DNA of 64,000 nt from an uncultured bacterium (GCA_963777505.1 CAVZQN010000001.1:32001-96000), one strand, 5' to 3'; shown: positions 40,616-51,067, counted from the stretch's first letter. Translations and numbers: made by a program. The notes: generated from the sequence alone by a model not told the origin.

Positions 40616-41401
40616 TTACATTGCTTTGAATGTGAAATTCGCTTCTGCTGCCTGATTATCAGTAACTGTTATGCTTTGTGTCTGTGCTCCGAATTTTTCG
40701 TGCCAGGCTTCAATTGTATATGTCCCTGCTGGAAGGTTCTTTAACGTGTACGTGCCATCCGTACCTGAAACGCCATGAAATGGATGACTTAACACACCGA
40801 TGTAGGATTCCATCCAACGATGTACATCACATTTCACCGGAATCATGACTTCAGTCTTGGTGAATGTCTTGGTTGTTTCCATATTTTGAACTGGTTGAGC
40901 AAGATTGAATTGCTCGTTCAATTTCGGCTGTGGATGGATGTTATGCAGAGTCGGATCGCTATTCTTAATCTTCAGTGGTTGATTCACCATCATCCCGACA
41001 ACATGCGGACTATAGAGACAACCATGTTGATCTAAAACGACCGGTTCTGTTGGTGTAGGATACGACCATTTATCAGCGCCTTCCTTCACATAGACGAATA
41101 CATTTTGCAGAGTACCATCATCGTTAACAATAACACTCTGATCAAGAACTGCCTGTGTATGAGCTTTATTGCAAACGGGATCAGCGGTCATTTGAATCTT
41201 TACAAGATTTGGTTTTGCTCCATCAAAGGTAACTTTCCCGGCGATAGAAGCAGTCGCTTTTGAAGCGTCATAAGCATTACCGCCTGTAGGAGCTGCAGGT
41301 GCCGGCGTAGATGTTGATTCTTCTTTACTGCCGCCGCCGCACGCAATAACAAAAGAAAGCGCTAACAGCAAAGCGCAGTAAGAGAGTTTTCGAAGATGCA
41401 T
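40616..41401 (-). CDS. Lipoprotein with cupredoxin-like core and carboxypeptidase-regulatory-like C-terminal domain
   Basis: Lipobox VIAC, LDQxGC..PHV, NSDPTLHNIH, KCDVHRWM, GTYTIEAWHE. Confidence 0.8.
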   Translation of the reverse strand: MHLRKLSYCALLLALSFVIACGGGSKEESTSTPAPAAPTGGNAYDASKATASIAGKVTFDGAKPNLVKIQMTADPVCNKAHTQAVLDQSVIVNDDGTLQNVFVYVKEGADKWSYPTPTEPVVLDQHGCLYSPHVVGMMVNQPLKIKNSDPTLHNIHPQPKLNEQFNLAQPVQNMETTKTFTKTEVMIPVKCDVHRWMESYIGVLSHPFHGVSGTDGTYTLKNLPAGTYTIEAWHEKFGAQTQSITVTDNQAAEANFTFKAM

Positions 41402-41570
41402 GTGATTTTATCCTCCGGATAGAATGTGCAATTCCTGCCTGTGGGGTTAATCAGTCGAATGAAACAGGCAGAGAAACAGAATTATATTCCAGAACGGCTC
41501 TTACGCCAATACCGAACAATTACATCAGGCTCGCTTGAACAGGAACGATTTTGTGAATCTTTGAGGCTCT

Positions 41571-42332
41571 TTAAAGAAAGACTTTAGACGGCTCCAGAAA
41601 GCCTTGATGAGGATAAACATCGATTTCTTTGGTTATTTGAAAACCATGAGTCTTAAATTGTTCTTGGAGAACCTGCTTCGAAAAGTAGATTCGGGGAGTT
41701 TCAATATTGTACTGTGCTCCAATGACATACTCCTCATTTGGCAGAGATGTTAAAGGGCATCTGTGCAAAATAATGTAATTTCGTGAGACACGGCACAGCT
41801 CGGAAATCGCCTTCTTATAATCAGGGATATGTTCCAGAATTCCAGAAGCCATGACCACATCGAAGCTGGCATCGGAATAGCTCAGATTTGTAAGATCCTC
41901 TTCATCAAATTTAATCTCTGGATAGATCGCCTTCGCGGTTTCAATCATGGCCTTGGAGTAATCACAACCCTGGTATTGAATCTTTCGCGAATCAAGAGCT
42001 TTAATGACCTCAGAGTAATATCCGCTTGCGCAAGCCGCATCAAGAATCGTGAATTCGCGAAGTGAAATTCCGGCCAGAATGTTAGTAAATGAAGTAAACA
42101 CGGGGTCGACGATTCCATTTTTCAAATTTTCAAGCTGTAAATTTACGACCTGTCTTTGTAGAGAAGGAACATCCGAATTCTTCCAATTTCCTGAGATTTG
42201 GTTCATCTCGTCAACAGAGGCCGATCTCTCCTCGTTTTTCAGGAGTTGAACTTCTTCGTATTTCCTATAAACCTTGCCGAGCTCGTCTTCCATGAATAAA
42301 ATTCTAACAAAGAAATGTTCGTAAGTGTGCAT
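41571..42332 (-). CDS. Class I SAM-dependent methyltransferase
   Basis: LDAACASG, FDVV, LEHI; start may be 42293. Confidence 0.8.
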   Translation of the reverse strand: MHTYEHFFVRILFMEDELGKVYRKYEEVQLLKNEERSASVDEMNQISGNWKNSDVPSLQRQVVNLQLENLKNGIVDPVFTSFTNILAGISLREFTILDAACASGYYSEVIKALDSRKIQYQGCDYSKAMIETAKAIYPEIKFDEEDLTNLSYSDASFDVVMASGILEHIPDYKKAISELCRVSRNYIILHRCPLTSLPNEEYVIGAQYNIETPRIYFSKQVLQEQFKTHGFQITKEIDVYPHQGFLEPSKVFL

Positions 42333-42381
42333 ATATAATGAAGGAGAGCTTAATGAAGGGCGGAAGAAGGAACGAGAATAA

Positions 42382-42960
42382 ATGTTATTAAAATGTCCTT
42401 CTTGCGGTGCTCACATCCGGTTAACAGACCCGGTACAAGACGACAAGATCCGTTATTTATGTCAGGAGTGCAATCAGATTGTTCATCTTGACGTTCATTG
42501 GGATTCGGTTCCAACAACATCCTCGCCTCCTCCAAATCCAAGCTTGCAGCACACGCCTCGCGTGTTGATCGTTGATGACAGCGAAACCTTTCTCGCGCTG
42601 GCGGGTGATCTGCTGATGAGAAACGGGTTTGACGTCCTAAAAGCAAGAGATGGTTTTGAAGGCTTGAGGAAAATTTCAGCTGAAAAGCCTGACCTTATCT
42701 TGTTGGATTTATCCATGCCAGGGATGAGCGGCTTTGAAGTGTTACAGGCATTACGTACAGATTCAGCCTATAAGGCATTACTCCACATACCTATTCTTGT
42801 AACCAGCGGTGTTTACAATCCTGCCGAGATTGAATTGATTCGTGATTACGGCGCAAGTGGGTTCTTGAATAAAGAGTCCGTGCAGGATTTACTTGTTTAC
42901 CGCGTCCAAAAGTTATTAGCCTCTAAGCCGCAAGGGAGCGCGGACGTCCCGTCCGCATAA
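42382..42960 (+). CDS. Zinc-ribbon (MJ0042-like) plus response regulator receiver protein
   Basis: CPSC...CQEC, then IVDD, LDLSMP, K. Confidence 0.88.
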   Translation: MLLKCPSCGAHIRLTDPVQDDKIRYLCQECNQIVHLDVHWDSVPTTSSPPPNPSLQHTPRVLIVDDSETFLALAGDLLMRNGFDVLKARDGFEGLRKISAEKPDLILLDLSMPGMSGFEVLQALRTDSAYKALLHIPILVTSGVYNPAEIELIRDYGASGFLNKESVQDLLVYRVQKLLASKPQGSADVPSA

Positions 42961-42983
42961 GGGACCGCAGGGGTCTCGCCTGC
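42934..42983. repeat. GGGAGCGC/GGGACCGC-type REP pair
   Basis: GGGAGCGCGGACGTCCCGTCCGCA and GGGACCGCAGGGGTCTCGCCTGC. Confidence 0.75.
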
Positions 42984-42999
42984 CTTTGTGTCTTTGTGG

Positions 43000-43764
43000 T
43001 TAAATCTTCTGCTTTTCACCGAAGCCGATTACCACGTACGTTCCCGAACGAACATCTTTTTTCAACTTAACAATTCCGTTGCGCGCGGCATCTTCCAAAA
43101 CTTCGGTAAAGTTGCGATAACCATGATAAGACTCATTGAATGAGGGCAGCTTTCGCTTAATCGAATCCTTAATCATTGAGGAATGGAGCACTTCTTTATC
43201 TTCGCGAACAAGACCTTCGATCGATTGAACAAGCAGTTGAAACACCTGTTTCTTTTTCTTTGGCAAATCCTTGTTAATTTCCGGAGCATTGCCAATCGGA
43301 CGTTCGAGATCTTCGTAATAGATAAATTCATCGCAACTCGCGACCAGCAGATCTGAAGTTGAATTCTTTACACCAAGGCCGATGACATGTTTTCCATTTT
43401 CCTTCAGCTTGGAAACGAGCGGAGAAAAATCACTATCGCCTGAAAGGATGCAGAATGTATCGATGTGTTCTTTGGAGTAGCAAAGATCCATTGCATCAAC
43501 GCACAAACGAATATCAGCAGAATTTTTTCCAGCCTGTGTGCGGTGAGGAATTTCAATCAGTTCAATTCCGGCTTCATGAAGATCCGCTTTGAAATCATCA
43601 TAGTCCCCCCAATCCGCATACGCCTTTTTAACGATCACTTTACCTTTTTCAACGAGCCTATTGAGCACTCGTTGAATGTCGAAACTGGATCGTGGTTTAT
43701 CGCGAAGGCCAATCGCTATGTTCTCAAAGTCAACAAACATCGCGAGGGTTCTTGATTCGGGCAT
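43000..43764 (-). CDS. NYN (LabA/DUF88) domain protein with C-terminal OST-HTH/LOTUS
   Basis: FVDFEN, GKNSADI, SGDSDF, CDEFIYY, FNESYHGY; likely start 43764. Confidence 0.9.
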   Translation of the reverse strand: MPESRTLAMFVDFENIAIGLRDKPRSSFDIQRVLNRLVEKGKVIVKKAYADWGDYDDFKADLHEAGIELIEIPHRTQAGKNSADIRLCVDAMDLCYSKEHIDTFCILSGDSDFSPLVSKLKENGKHVIGLGVKNSTSDLLVASCDEFIYYEDLERPIGNAPEINKDLPKKKKQVFQLLVQSIEGLVREDKEVLHSSMIKDSIKRKLPSFNESYHGYRNFTEVLEDAARNGIVKLKKDVRSGTYVVIGFGEKQKI

Positions 43765-43795
43765 TTTTTCCTGACTTATATTAATACGGAATCCG

Positions 43796-45469
43796 TCATG
43801 CTTTACGCAAGACCTTGCCAGGGCGTGCGCCGGTATGTTTGCCGTCTTTGACGACCATAACGCCATTCACGAAGACATGCGCAACTCCGGTGGGATATTG
43901 ATGGGGAGAATCGAAGGTCGCATTATCCTGAACGGTCTTTGGATTGAAAATCACAAGGTCGGCTTTTTTGCCCTTTGCAATTCGGCCGCGATCCGCTAAG
44001 CCTGCCTGCTCAGCAGGCATGCTTGTCATTTTCCGGATTCCTGAGGGCAGTTCTACGATCTTTCGATCGCGGATGTAGTGTGCGAGAAAACGCGGATAGG
44101 TTCCGTATGATCGTGGATGCAATTTTTCCTCAAGAGCTTTTCCTTTTGCAGCAATGCTATAACCATCGGAACTAACCATCACAAGCGGATGAGATAAAAC
44201 GAGCTCAACATTTTCAGGACTCATTGCGTGACCGATATAACCGACTGATGCTTTTTCTTCTTCAATCAAACGTATGCATGCATCAACGGGTTCCATCTTC
44301 CACATTTCTGCAATTTGTACGATATTTTTCCCAATGCAGTTCCGATTTTTTTCTGAGGACACATTGCTAATGACAATTAAATCGAAACCTCCGGGCTCTT
44401 CCGAAACATACTTGATTACTTCGCCACGGATCCGCTTGCGTAGTTCCGGATCCTGAAGTCGTTTGACAAGAGCATCTGATCCACCTTCTCGCGCCCACGA
44501 ATACATCACAAGATCGAGACCCGTTGAATAAGCTGTATATGGATATGCATCTGCAAGAACTTCAACGCCTTCTTTGCGTGCCGACTCAATTAAGTCCAGA
44601 GTTGCGCCTTGTTTGTGCCAGTTGGAGCGTCCACAAACTTTAAGATGTGAAACCTGGACGCGCGAACCAGTTTGGCGTCCAATATTAATAGCCTCATCAA
44701 CTGCTTCCAGTACGTATGTAACTTCATTACGGATGTGCGAGGCGTAAAAACCGCCGTATCGCGCAACGACACGAGTCATATCGATAATTTCTTCAGTTGG
44801 TGTGAATGTACCGGGTAAATATTCGAGGCCTGTGCTAAGACCAACCGCGCCTGCATCCATTCCTTCTTCAACGGTTCGGAGCACTGTCTTTAATTCGTCT
44901 GCTGTTAGTTTACGATCCGCTTCTCCAGCGATGTTGCTTCTCAGAGTTCCTTGCCCTAATAGCAAGGCTTGATTCAAGGACATCTTCATTTTTTCAAGCG
45001 CGAGAAGATACGATCCAACATCCTTCCAGGAAAGATCAACACCATATTCATCCAAATAATATTTTCGATTGGCTTCGATTGATTCGCCTTCAAGAGGCGC
45101 TGCTGACGATCCGCAATTTCCTGTGATTTCAGTTGTGATGCCCTGCCGGACCCGGCTATCAGCATCTGGATATGCAACGATGCTGCTATCGGAATGGCTG
45201 TGAATGTCGATGAATCCTGGTGAGATGTACCATCCTGAAATATCGACAACATTTTTCCCGTATGAAGATGCAATGTCACCTAAGGCTGCAATCGCATCTC
45301 CTTTTATTCCAACATCGCCCTTCCAGGCTGGACCACCGGTGCCGTCCAGAATCATTCCGCCGCGAAGAACTGTATCGAATTCAGACGAAGCTTCAACGCG
45401 GCTGCCCGGTACCAATGCAAATGCAGCAGCAGCACGAAGTGAATTTTTGAGGAAATTTCTTCGATCCAT
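43796..45469 (-). CDS. Tat-exported N-acyl-D-amino-acid deacylase family amidohydrolase
   Basis: RRNFLK Tat signal, PGFIDIHSH, GNCG, SHIRNE, HPRSYG. Confidence 0.9.
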   Translation of the reverse strand: MDRRNFLKNSLRAAAAFALVPGSRVEASSEFDTVLRGGMILDGTGGPAWKGDVGIKGDAIAALGDIASSYGKNVVDISGWYISPGFIDIHSHSDSSIVAYPDADSRVRQGITTEITGNCGSSAAPLEGESIEANRKYYLDEYGVDLSWKDVGSYLLALEKMKMSLNQALLLGQGTLRSNIAGEADRKLTADELKTVLRTVEEGMDAGAVGLSTGLEYLPGTFTPTEEIIDMTRVVARYGGFYASHIRNEVTYVLEAVDEAINIGRQTGSRVQVSHLKVCGRSNWHKQGATLDLIESARKEGVEVLADAYPYTAYSTGLDLVMYSWAREGGSDALVKRLQDPELRKRIRGEVIKYVSEEPGGFDLIVISNVSSEKNRNCIGKNIVQIAEMWKMEPVDACIRLIEEEKASVGYIGHAMSPENVELVLSHPLVMVSSDGYSIAAKGKALEEKLHPRSYGTYPRFLAHYIRDRKIVELPSGIRKMTSMPAEQAGLADRGRIAKGKKADLVIFNPKTVQDNATFDSPHQYPTGVAHVFVNGVMVVKDGKHTGARPGKVLRKA

Positions 45470-45540
45470 AAAAGTGTTGCGAGTAAGATTTTAACATATC
45501 ATTTTTATATAGGCACGCATTCGAACATCAATATTTGTTG

Positions 45541-45650
45541 TGCTACAATCGTTAAATCCCACGAAATACATCATTCGGTTTAATCCGTTGACACAGGGCA
45601 GGACGTTGAACCAGAGAGGGGAAAATCTGGCTTCATACCTGCCCTGTTTA
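45541..45650 (+). ncRNA. Candidate small structured RNA or leader
   Basis: TGCTACAAT extended -10, then long hairpin ACAGGGCAGG...CCAGA-GAGGGGAAAA-TCTGG...CCTGCCCTGT followed by TTA. Confidence 0.3.
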
Positions 45651-45690
45651 TTACCGCAAAGACTCAAAGATCACTGCGTCTTTGCGGTAA
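45651..45690. repeat. ACCGCAAAG-family palindrome
   Basis: TTACCGCAAAGAC-N14-GTCTTTGCGGTAA. Confidence 0.75.
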
Positions 45691-45708
45691 AAATAAAATG
45701 AATTCCAA

Positions 45709-46338
45709 ATGAACCTCGAAGTTAGAGATGTTACAAGCGGCTTGTGGATATGGCGCACAGAACATCCAGACTGGCAGTCGAATCAAGGGTGGGATCCAAT
45801 CGTAGCTTCGACCTGTGTAGAATCCGGCGGTGAGATTCTGATAATTGATCCGATCGCTCCGCCAAATTCTGCGACTAAATTATGGGAAAGATTCGATGCG
45901 CGGCCACCAACAGCAGTCATCATACTAAAACCGGATCACGTTCGGCATGTGGATTTATTCGTGAGCCGGTATCATGCACGCGCATTTGGCCCGGATCGTT
46001 TCGATCGTTACGATATTCCAAAGACAGAACTGGAACCAATTTACCCTGGCAGCATACTTCCCGGAGGAATTGTTGCTCTGCATGACGGACGCGGCCGCAA
46101 CGAAACACCGGTGTGGTTACCTGAACAACGTGCGATTGTATTCGCTGATGCGCTTACAGCGCCTGAGGGAGAACTTCGCATCTGGTCAACACCATGGCAC
46201 CAGGAACGTGCATTGCCGGCGATGCGTAAACTGCTTGAACTTCCATTCGAACTCGTAATCGTCTCACACGGTGAGCCAGTTCACACTCGAGCGGAATTTG
46301 AACGCGCATTAGAACGCACTCCCTGGAACAGCTTCTAA
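45709..46338 (+). CDS. Metallo-beta-lactamase-fold protein (degenerate motif)
   Basis: IIDP, KPDHVRH, FADAL, VSHGEP. Confidence 0.78.
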   Translation: MNLEVRDVTSGLWIWRTEHPDWQSNQGWDPIVASTCVESGGEILIIDPIAPPNSATKLWERFDARPPTAVIILKPDHVRHVDLFVSRYHARAFGPDRFDRYDIPKTELEPIYPGSILPGGIVALHDGRGRNETPVWLPEQRAIVFADALTAPEGELRIWSTPWHQERALPAMRKLLELPFELVIVSHGEPVHTRAEFERALERTPWNSF

Positions 46339-46339
46339 C

Positions 46340-46598
46340 AATTTTAGATTTAGGATTTCAGATTTCAGATTGAAATTTTTGATTGCAGATTGATAGAAGG
46401 ACTGAGCTATGAGTTTTGTAAAATTACTCTTATACAGAAAAGAAAATAAAGAAAGGCTGGAAACTATTAAATTCTTGATGAATTTTATCCCTTCTGTTCG
46501 GCTAAGGACAATTCGCATGAATTTCAAATCAGAAATTTGTTCAATTTCAATCCGAAATCAAAAATCTGAAATCTAAAATTGCGGCCGAAGGCCGCTAC
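46340..46598. repeat. Inverted heptamer arrays enclosing ~120 bp, followed by a GTAG-type REP
   Basis: AATTTTAGATTTAGGATTTCAGATTTCAGATTGAAATT...AATTTCAATCCGAAATCAAAAATCTGAAATCTAAAATT, then GCGGCCGAAGGCCGCTAC. Confidence 0.8.
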
Positions 46599-46634
46599 AA
46601 ACTTCGTGTCTTAGTGTCTTCGTGTTGAAGAGCT

Positions 46635-47279
46635 TTATTGAATTTGCATTGCAGATAACGCGCGTGCTTTCAGTTCAGGGGCAATCGCTTTCAAAACATC
46701 TGTATCTTGATCGTTGCGAACCAGTTCCTCGATTTTTCTGCCAGTAGTTTTAAGATCTTCCTGGTAAAACAGGATTAATTCATGTTTCCGGGATTCATCA
46801 CCAAGAGTTAGAAATCTTGAAACAATCCAGGCTTCCGGAATTTCATAGCCTTTTTTCTGCAGAAATGAAGCTGTAACAGCCGCTTCGCCTTCAGGATTCT
46901 CTTTCTTTGCTTCAGCATTTGTAAAAACGAACGTACTATGGTTGAACTGATGACCACTCATATTGATTGCGTTTGCAAAACTGTATCTGTAAATTTCCGA
47001 ACTTTCAGGCAGAAAACTTTCGAACTGGGCTATGACTAACCTCTGAATCTTTTTCTCTTTTGATTCTGCAAAAACATAGCGTTCTCCCGCAGCAATCTCT
47101 TGAATCTTAAATGGAAATGAGCCGACAAATTGAATCGCAGGATCGACTTTGATTTTTATTGCGGGCAAAGATTCGGAGATAAGAACATTTTCAGAAACAT
47201 TTCTTGGAGATGAACTCAGCAACACGTTCAACTGAGTCAGAACAAACACTATCAGGAACATGACCTTCAGATGGCGCAT
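46635..47279 (-). CDS. Secreted hypothetical protein
   Basis: N-terminal hydrophobic signal; 214 aa; follows the kinase gene. Confidence 0.72.
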   Translation of the reverse strand: MRHLKVMFLIVFVLTQLNVLLSSSPRNVSENVLISESLPAIKIKVDPAIQFVGSFPFKIQEIAAGERYVFAESKEKKIQRLVIAQFESFLPESSEIYRYSFANAINMSGHQFNHSTFVFTNAEAKKENPEGEAAVTASFLQKKGYEIPEAWIVSRFLTLGDESRKHELILFYQEDLKTTGRKIEELVRNDQDTDVLKAIAPELKARALSAMQIQ

Positions 47280-47285
47280 GAAATT

Positions 47286-49969
47286 TTACTTATGGCTGAG
47301 CAAATAGACGTCACCTTGTGCGGTAGGTTTGGCATAGACCAGCGTAGAAAGATCGCGGGTAAAATCAAATGCATTGCCGCGATACTGTAAAGGGAATTTA
47401 GGAGCAATCTTTCGCAGAACACTTGCGGTTCCCGTCACTTTGCCATTCTCATAAGGTAGACTATAGAAAGTGATTTCTTCCGGAGCTGCTACCGTATACA
47501 GAATCGCTTTTCCGCCCTCCGCAAAATAAATATTTAAAGAATTTATATCTTCCACAATCGCTTTTGTCTTTTTATCTTGAGTAGAAAATAAACCGATGCC
47601 ATCATTGTTTTCAAACTCACCAGATCCTATCAGGAACATGTCATCTGGTGAGGAATCCGAGAAAATAATGGGGGCAGCAAACCCTTCGATGTTCTGACCA
47701 TTAACATCGGCTTTCCAGCCCATCCTGGAGCCAGCAGTATTGATACCGGCTACGTAAACTGTTTCGGCGTTGTTGGAAAAAAAGACACTGTTCGCCTCAG
47801 AGATATTCTTGATGGGAATTTCTCGAAGATTACGTCCATTTGAATTTGCCACAAATGCTTTATTGTCAAGCATGAAACCAATCTTGCTTCCGTCGCGGGA
47901 CCAGGAACCTGTCGCTACAGTTGAAGCGGCGGCAATTCTCAAACGGTTGGTTCCATCCAGATTGGATACCCAGACTTCCTCGTTCCTTCCGGGTTGAACA
48001 AAATGTATATACATCAATCGTTTTCCATCAGGGGACAAACAAGGTTGGGATGCCAACTCAGAAAAAATTTCTGTAGAAGTTTCGGTCTGCATATTGAGTA
48101 CATGAAGGCTGCCGGATTCTTTGCTGGTGACAAAGTAGATCCCTTGATTTGCAGGATTTACCATTGGGAAAATATCATCGCCTGGACCAAATGAAACCTG
48201 TCTCATTTCCTGATTTTTCAGGTTGTATTCCCAAATATTTGAAATTCCATCGACTCTACGGCCTAAAAGAAGCGTTTTTCCTGGAATTCCCCAATTGGGC
48301 CGTCCATTTAAATCTTTTAACTGTCCGATCTGCTTGGCTTCTCCTGTGATCAAATTGACATTGAAGATATATGCATCATTCTTAACATCCAGTCCAACGA
48401 CTAACAGTACGTTTCCTGTCGGATAGAAAAGTTTTTTGTTAGGAACAATTGCCGATGGAAATGTACAGACAACTGATTCTTTAAAACCGGAACGATCGCT
48501 CTTAAACAACGAAAAATTATTCCGTTTACTGTAATAAAACGACTCTCCATCCGGAGACTGGACTGTATCGATACCCACAAGTACACGCCTGGAATCTCCA
48601 CCCAGAGCCGGAACGGCCCAAGTTTCCTGGCGCTCTGCATTCCAAAAAAGAATTTCGGTACCATCTGCGGAAAAACTGGACACTCGTTTGTTCAGAGAGT
48701 CTTTGGTTAACTGAAGTGGATCACCGCCTGTTGCTAATAAAAGAAAGACTTGATTGAATGCCATCGACTGGAGAAGTAAATGCGATTGCTGTTCCGTTTG
48801 GAGAAAGTGCTGGACTGAAAATTGGCTTATTCCAGCGACTGATTTTTGAGAGCTTTGTAGGAAGAGGCGCTACTCTGTTCATCCATATGAAATATCCGGC
48901 AATTGCAGAAATCAAAAGTGCGGCGGCAATGATCGGTACGATTATTTTTTTTCTAGATGGCGCGGCGCTGACTGCCGGAATCGCAGTTTTATCTGACATA
49001 TGAGCATCGGTTGAAACCGATTCGTGAACGGGCAAACTGGCCGATGAACGCCCCGAATCCATTTCACGTTTTAACCGTTTCAAGTCAGCGCGCATTTCGC
49101 CTGCCGTCTGGTAACGCAAATCGCGATCTTTTTCAATTGCTTTATTAATGATGCGTTCCAACTCCGGAGGCAGATCAGGATTGATGCGCAATAGCGGCGT
49201 TGGCATCTTGCTTAACAATGCTTCAAAGATGACTGCGTTGGTGTTTCCTGCAAATGGATTACGGCCCGTTGCCATCTCATAAAGGACAGTTCCAAACGAA
49301 AACAAGTCAGTGCGTGCATCCAATTCTTTACCGCGCGCTTGCTCCGGTGACATATATGCAATCGTTCCAAGAGCCATTCCTGGACTGGTGAGTGACTCTT
49401 CAGGAACACCTTGAGTTTGCAATGCAGATGCACCTTCTGCGACTTTGGATCGCTCCGGCATCAGTTTAGCGAGGCCGAAGTCCAAAATTTTTGTCTGATT
49501 GCGTGCAGTTACAAAAATATTCGCCGGCTTGATGTCACGGTGGACGATTCCTTTCGCATGGGCTGCATCTAACGCGTCAGCAATTTGAATTGCCATCTCA
49601 AGCAGGTCTTCAATTCCAAAAGGATGACCTTCAATTCGATGCTTTAACGTCTTGCCTTCCAGAAGTTCCATTGCAATGAAATGAACTTCGTGTTCAGGAT
49701 GATCCGGATCTAGCTGTGTATCGATCGATGAAGGAATGCCGGAATCAATATCATAAATTGTGCAGATACTGGCATGATTCAGCGCTGATGCTGCGCGGGC
49801 TTCGCGACGGAAACGTTCAAGGGAAATCGAATCTTTGGCAAATTCATCCGGCAAGAACTTTAGCGCAACGCCACGCCCCAGCCGTAAATCTTCAGCTTGA
49901 TATACAACTCCCATCCCTCCACCGCCCAAACGTTCGATAATACGGTAGTGAGAAATTGTCTTCCCTATC
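47286..49969 (-). CDS. Ser/Thr protein kinase - TM - TolB/WD40 beta-propeller (frameshift near 48760)
   Basis: Kinase motifs in the 48721-49971 ORF and SPDG-type PD40 repeats in the 47286-48764 ORF. Confidence 0.9.
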
Positions 49970-50059
49970 ATGTGCGGCTTATTTCATCATAAGGAGCGCG
50001 AATCACCAAACTACATTTCAATCCACGCGATACGAATTTCGTTCAATATTGAAATGGAA

Positions 50060-50086
50060 TCCTCTATCCTCTATTCTCTATCCTCT
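50060..50086. repeat. CTCTAT(T/C) heptamer tandem array
   Basis: cctctat cctctat tctctat cctct; same unit at 50816-50850 and 51410-51424. Confidence 0.75.
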
Positions 50087-50098
50087 TGGGAGTTTTTC

Positions 50099-50782
50099 AT
50101 GAAAGTAGTCTTATTCACGTCAGTTGTGGTGCTTGTTTGCTGTATTTCTGCTTCTGGAATGCCACAGCATATTACATTTCCGACTGAGGATGGCGGAACG
50201 ATTTCTGCTGATCTTTACGGAAAAGGCGAACGAGCCATTCTTTTGACTCATGGAGGCAGATTCAACAAAGAAAGTTGGCAGAAGCAAGCATCCATATTAA
50301 TGAACGCCGGATTTCGTGTGATGGCAATGGACTTTCGCGGGTATGGTCAATCGAAGGGTCCCGGTCAAGCGGATCCTATGAGCGCACCGCTGCATTTAGA
50401 TGTGCTTGCCGGAGTTCGATACCTGCGAACAACAGGAGCAAAAACAGTATCGATTGTGGGTGGAAGCATGGGAGGTACCGCAGCAGCAACCGCATCAATT
50501 CAAGCAAAATCAGGGGAGATCGATCGGATTGTTTTACTTGGAGCTGCGTGTGATTGTATTCCTGAAAAACTGAAGGTGCGGAAATTATTCATTGTTAGCC
50601 GTGATGATACACGGGGTGATGGAGTTGTCCGGTTGATAAAAATTCGCGAACAGTTTGAAAAATCGCCAGAGCCAAAAAAGCTTGTGATCCTTGAAGGTTC
50701 GGCGCATGCACAAGCCCTTTTTGAAACGGATCAAGCTGAAAAACTGATGAATGAAATTCTGCAATTCCTTTCCGAACCATAA
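50099..50782 (+). CDS. Secreted alpha/beta hydrolase
   Basis: Signal peptide, HGG, DFRGYG, GGSMGG nucleophile elbow, C-terminal His; start 50099. Confidence 0.88.
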   Translation: MKVVLFTSVVVLVCCISASGMPQHITFPTEDGGTISADLYGKGERAILLTHGGRFNKESWQKQASILMNAGFRVMAMDFRGYGQSKGPGQADPMSAPLHLDVLAGVRYLRTTGAKTVSIVGGSMGGTAAATASIQAKSGEIDRIVLLGAACDCIPEKLKVRKLFIVSRDDTRGDGVVRLIKIREQFEKSPEPKKLVILEGSAHAQALFETDQAEKLMNEILQFLSEP

Positions 50783-50862
50783 GCATCTTTTGGTGTTGAA
50801 TTACTTTCTTCAATCCTCTATTCTCTATTCTCTATTCTCTATTCTCTATCCTCTCTGCTCTT
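50759..50862 (+). repeat. Direct repeat, copy 1 (partner at 51354-51435)
   Basis: CTGCAATTCCTTTCCGAACC...GGTGTTGAATTACT...(CTCTATT)n...CCTCTCTGCTCTT. Confidence 0.9.
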
Positions 50863-51067
50863 ACAATTCACCTTTGTCCTTGCGTTGTTGCCCCATCATT
50901 AGACCCAGACCGGCACCAATGCCGACGCCAATCGCCACGCCAATCGCAATATTGTTTAGGGCTACTCCAAGTCCAGCTCCGAGTCCAGCGCCAAGGGCTA
51001 TTCCGAGGGCCAAGCCGACACCGATGCGCTCAGTCCCCTTGGGTTGTTGGTCATTTTGATTGCTCAT
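50861..51067 (-). CDS. Small glycine-zipper membrane protein (68 aa)
   Basis: GGAGG RBS; GxxxGxxxG repeats over two hydrophobic helices. Confidence 0.78.
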   Translation of the reverse strand: MSNQNDQQPKGTERIGVGLALGIALGAGLGAGLGVALNNIAIGVAIGVGIGAGLGLMMGQQRKDKGEL

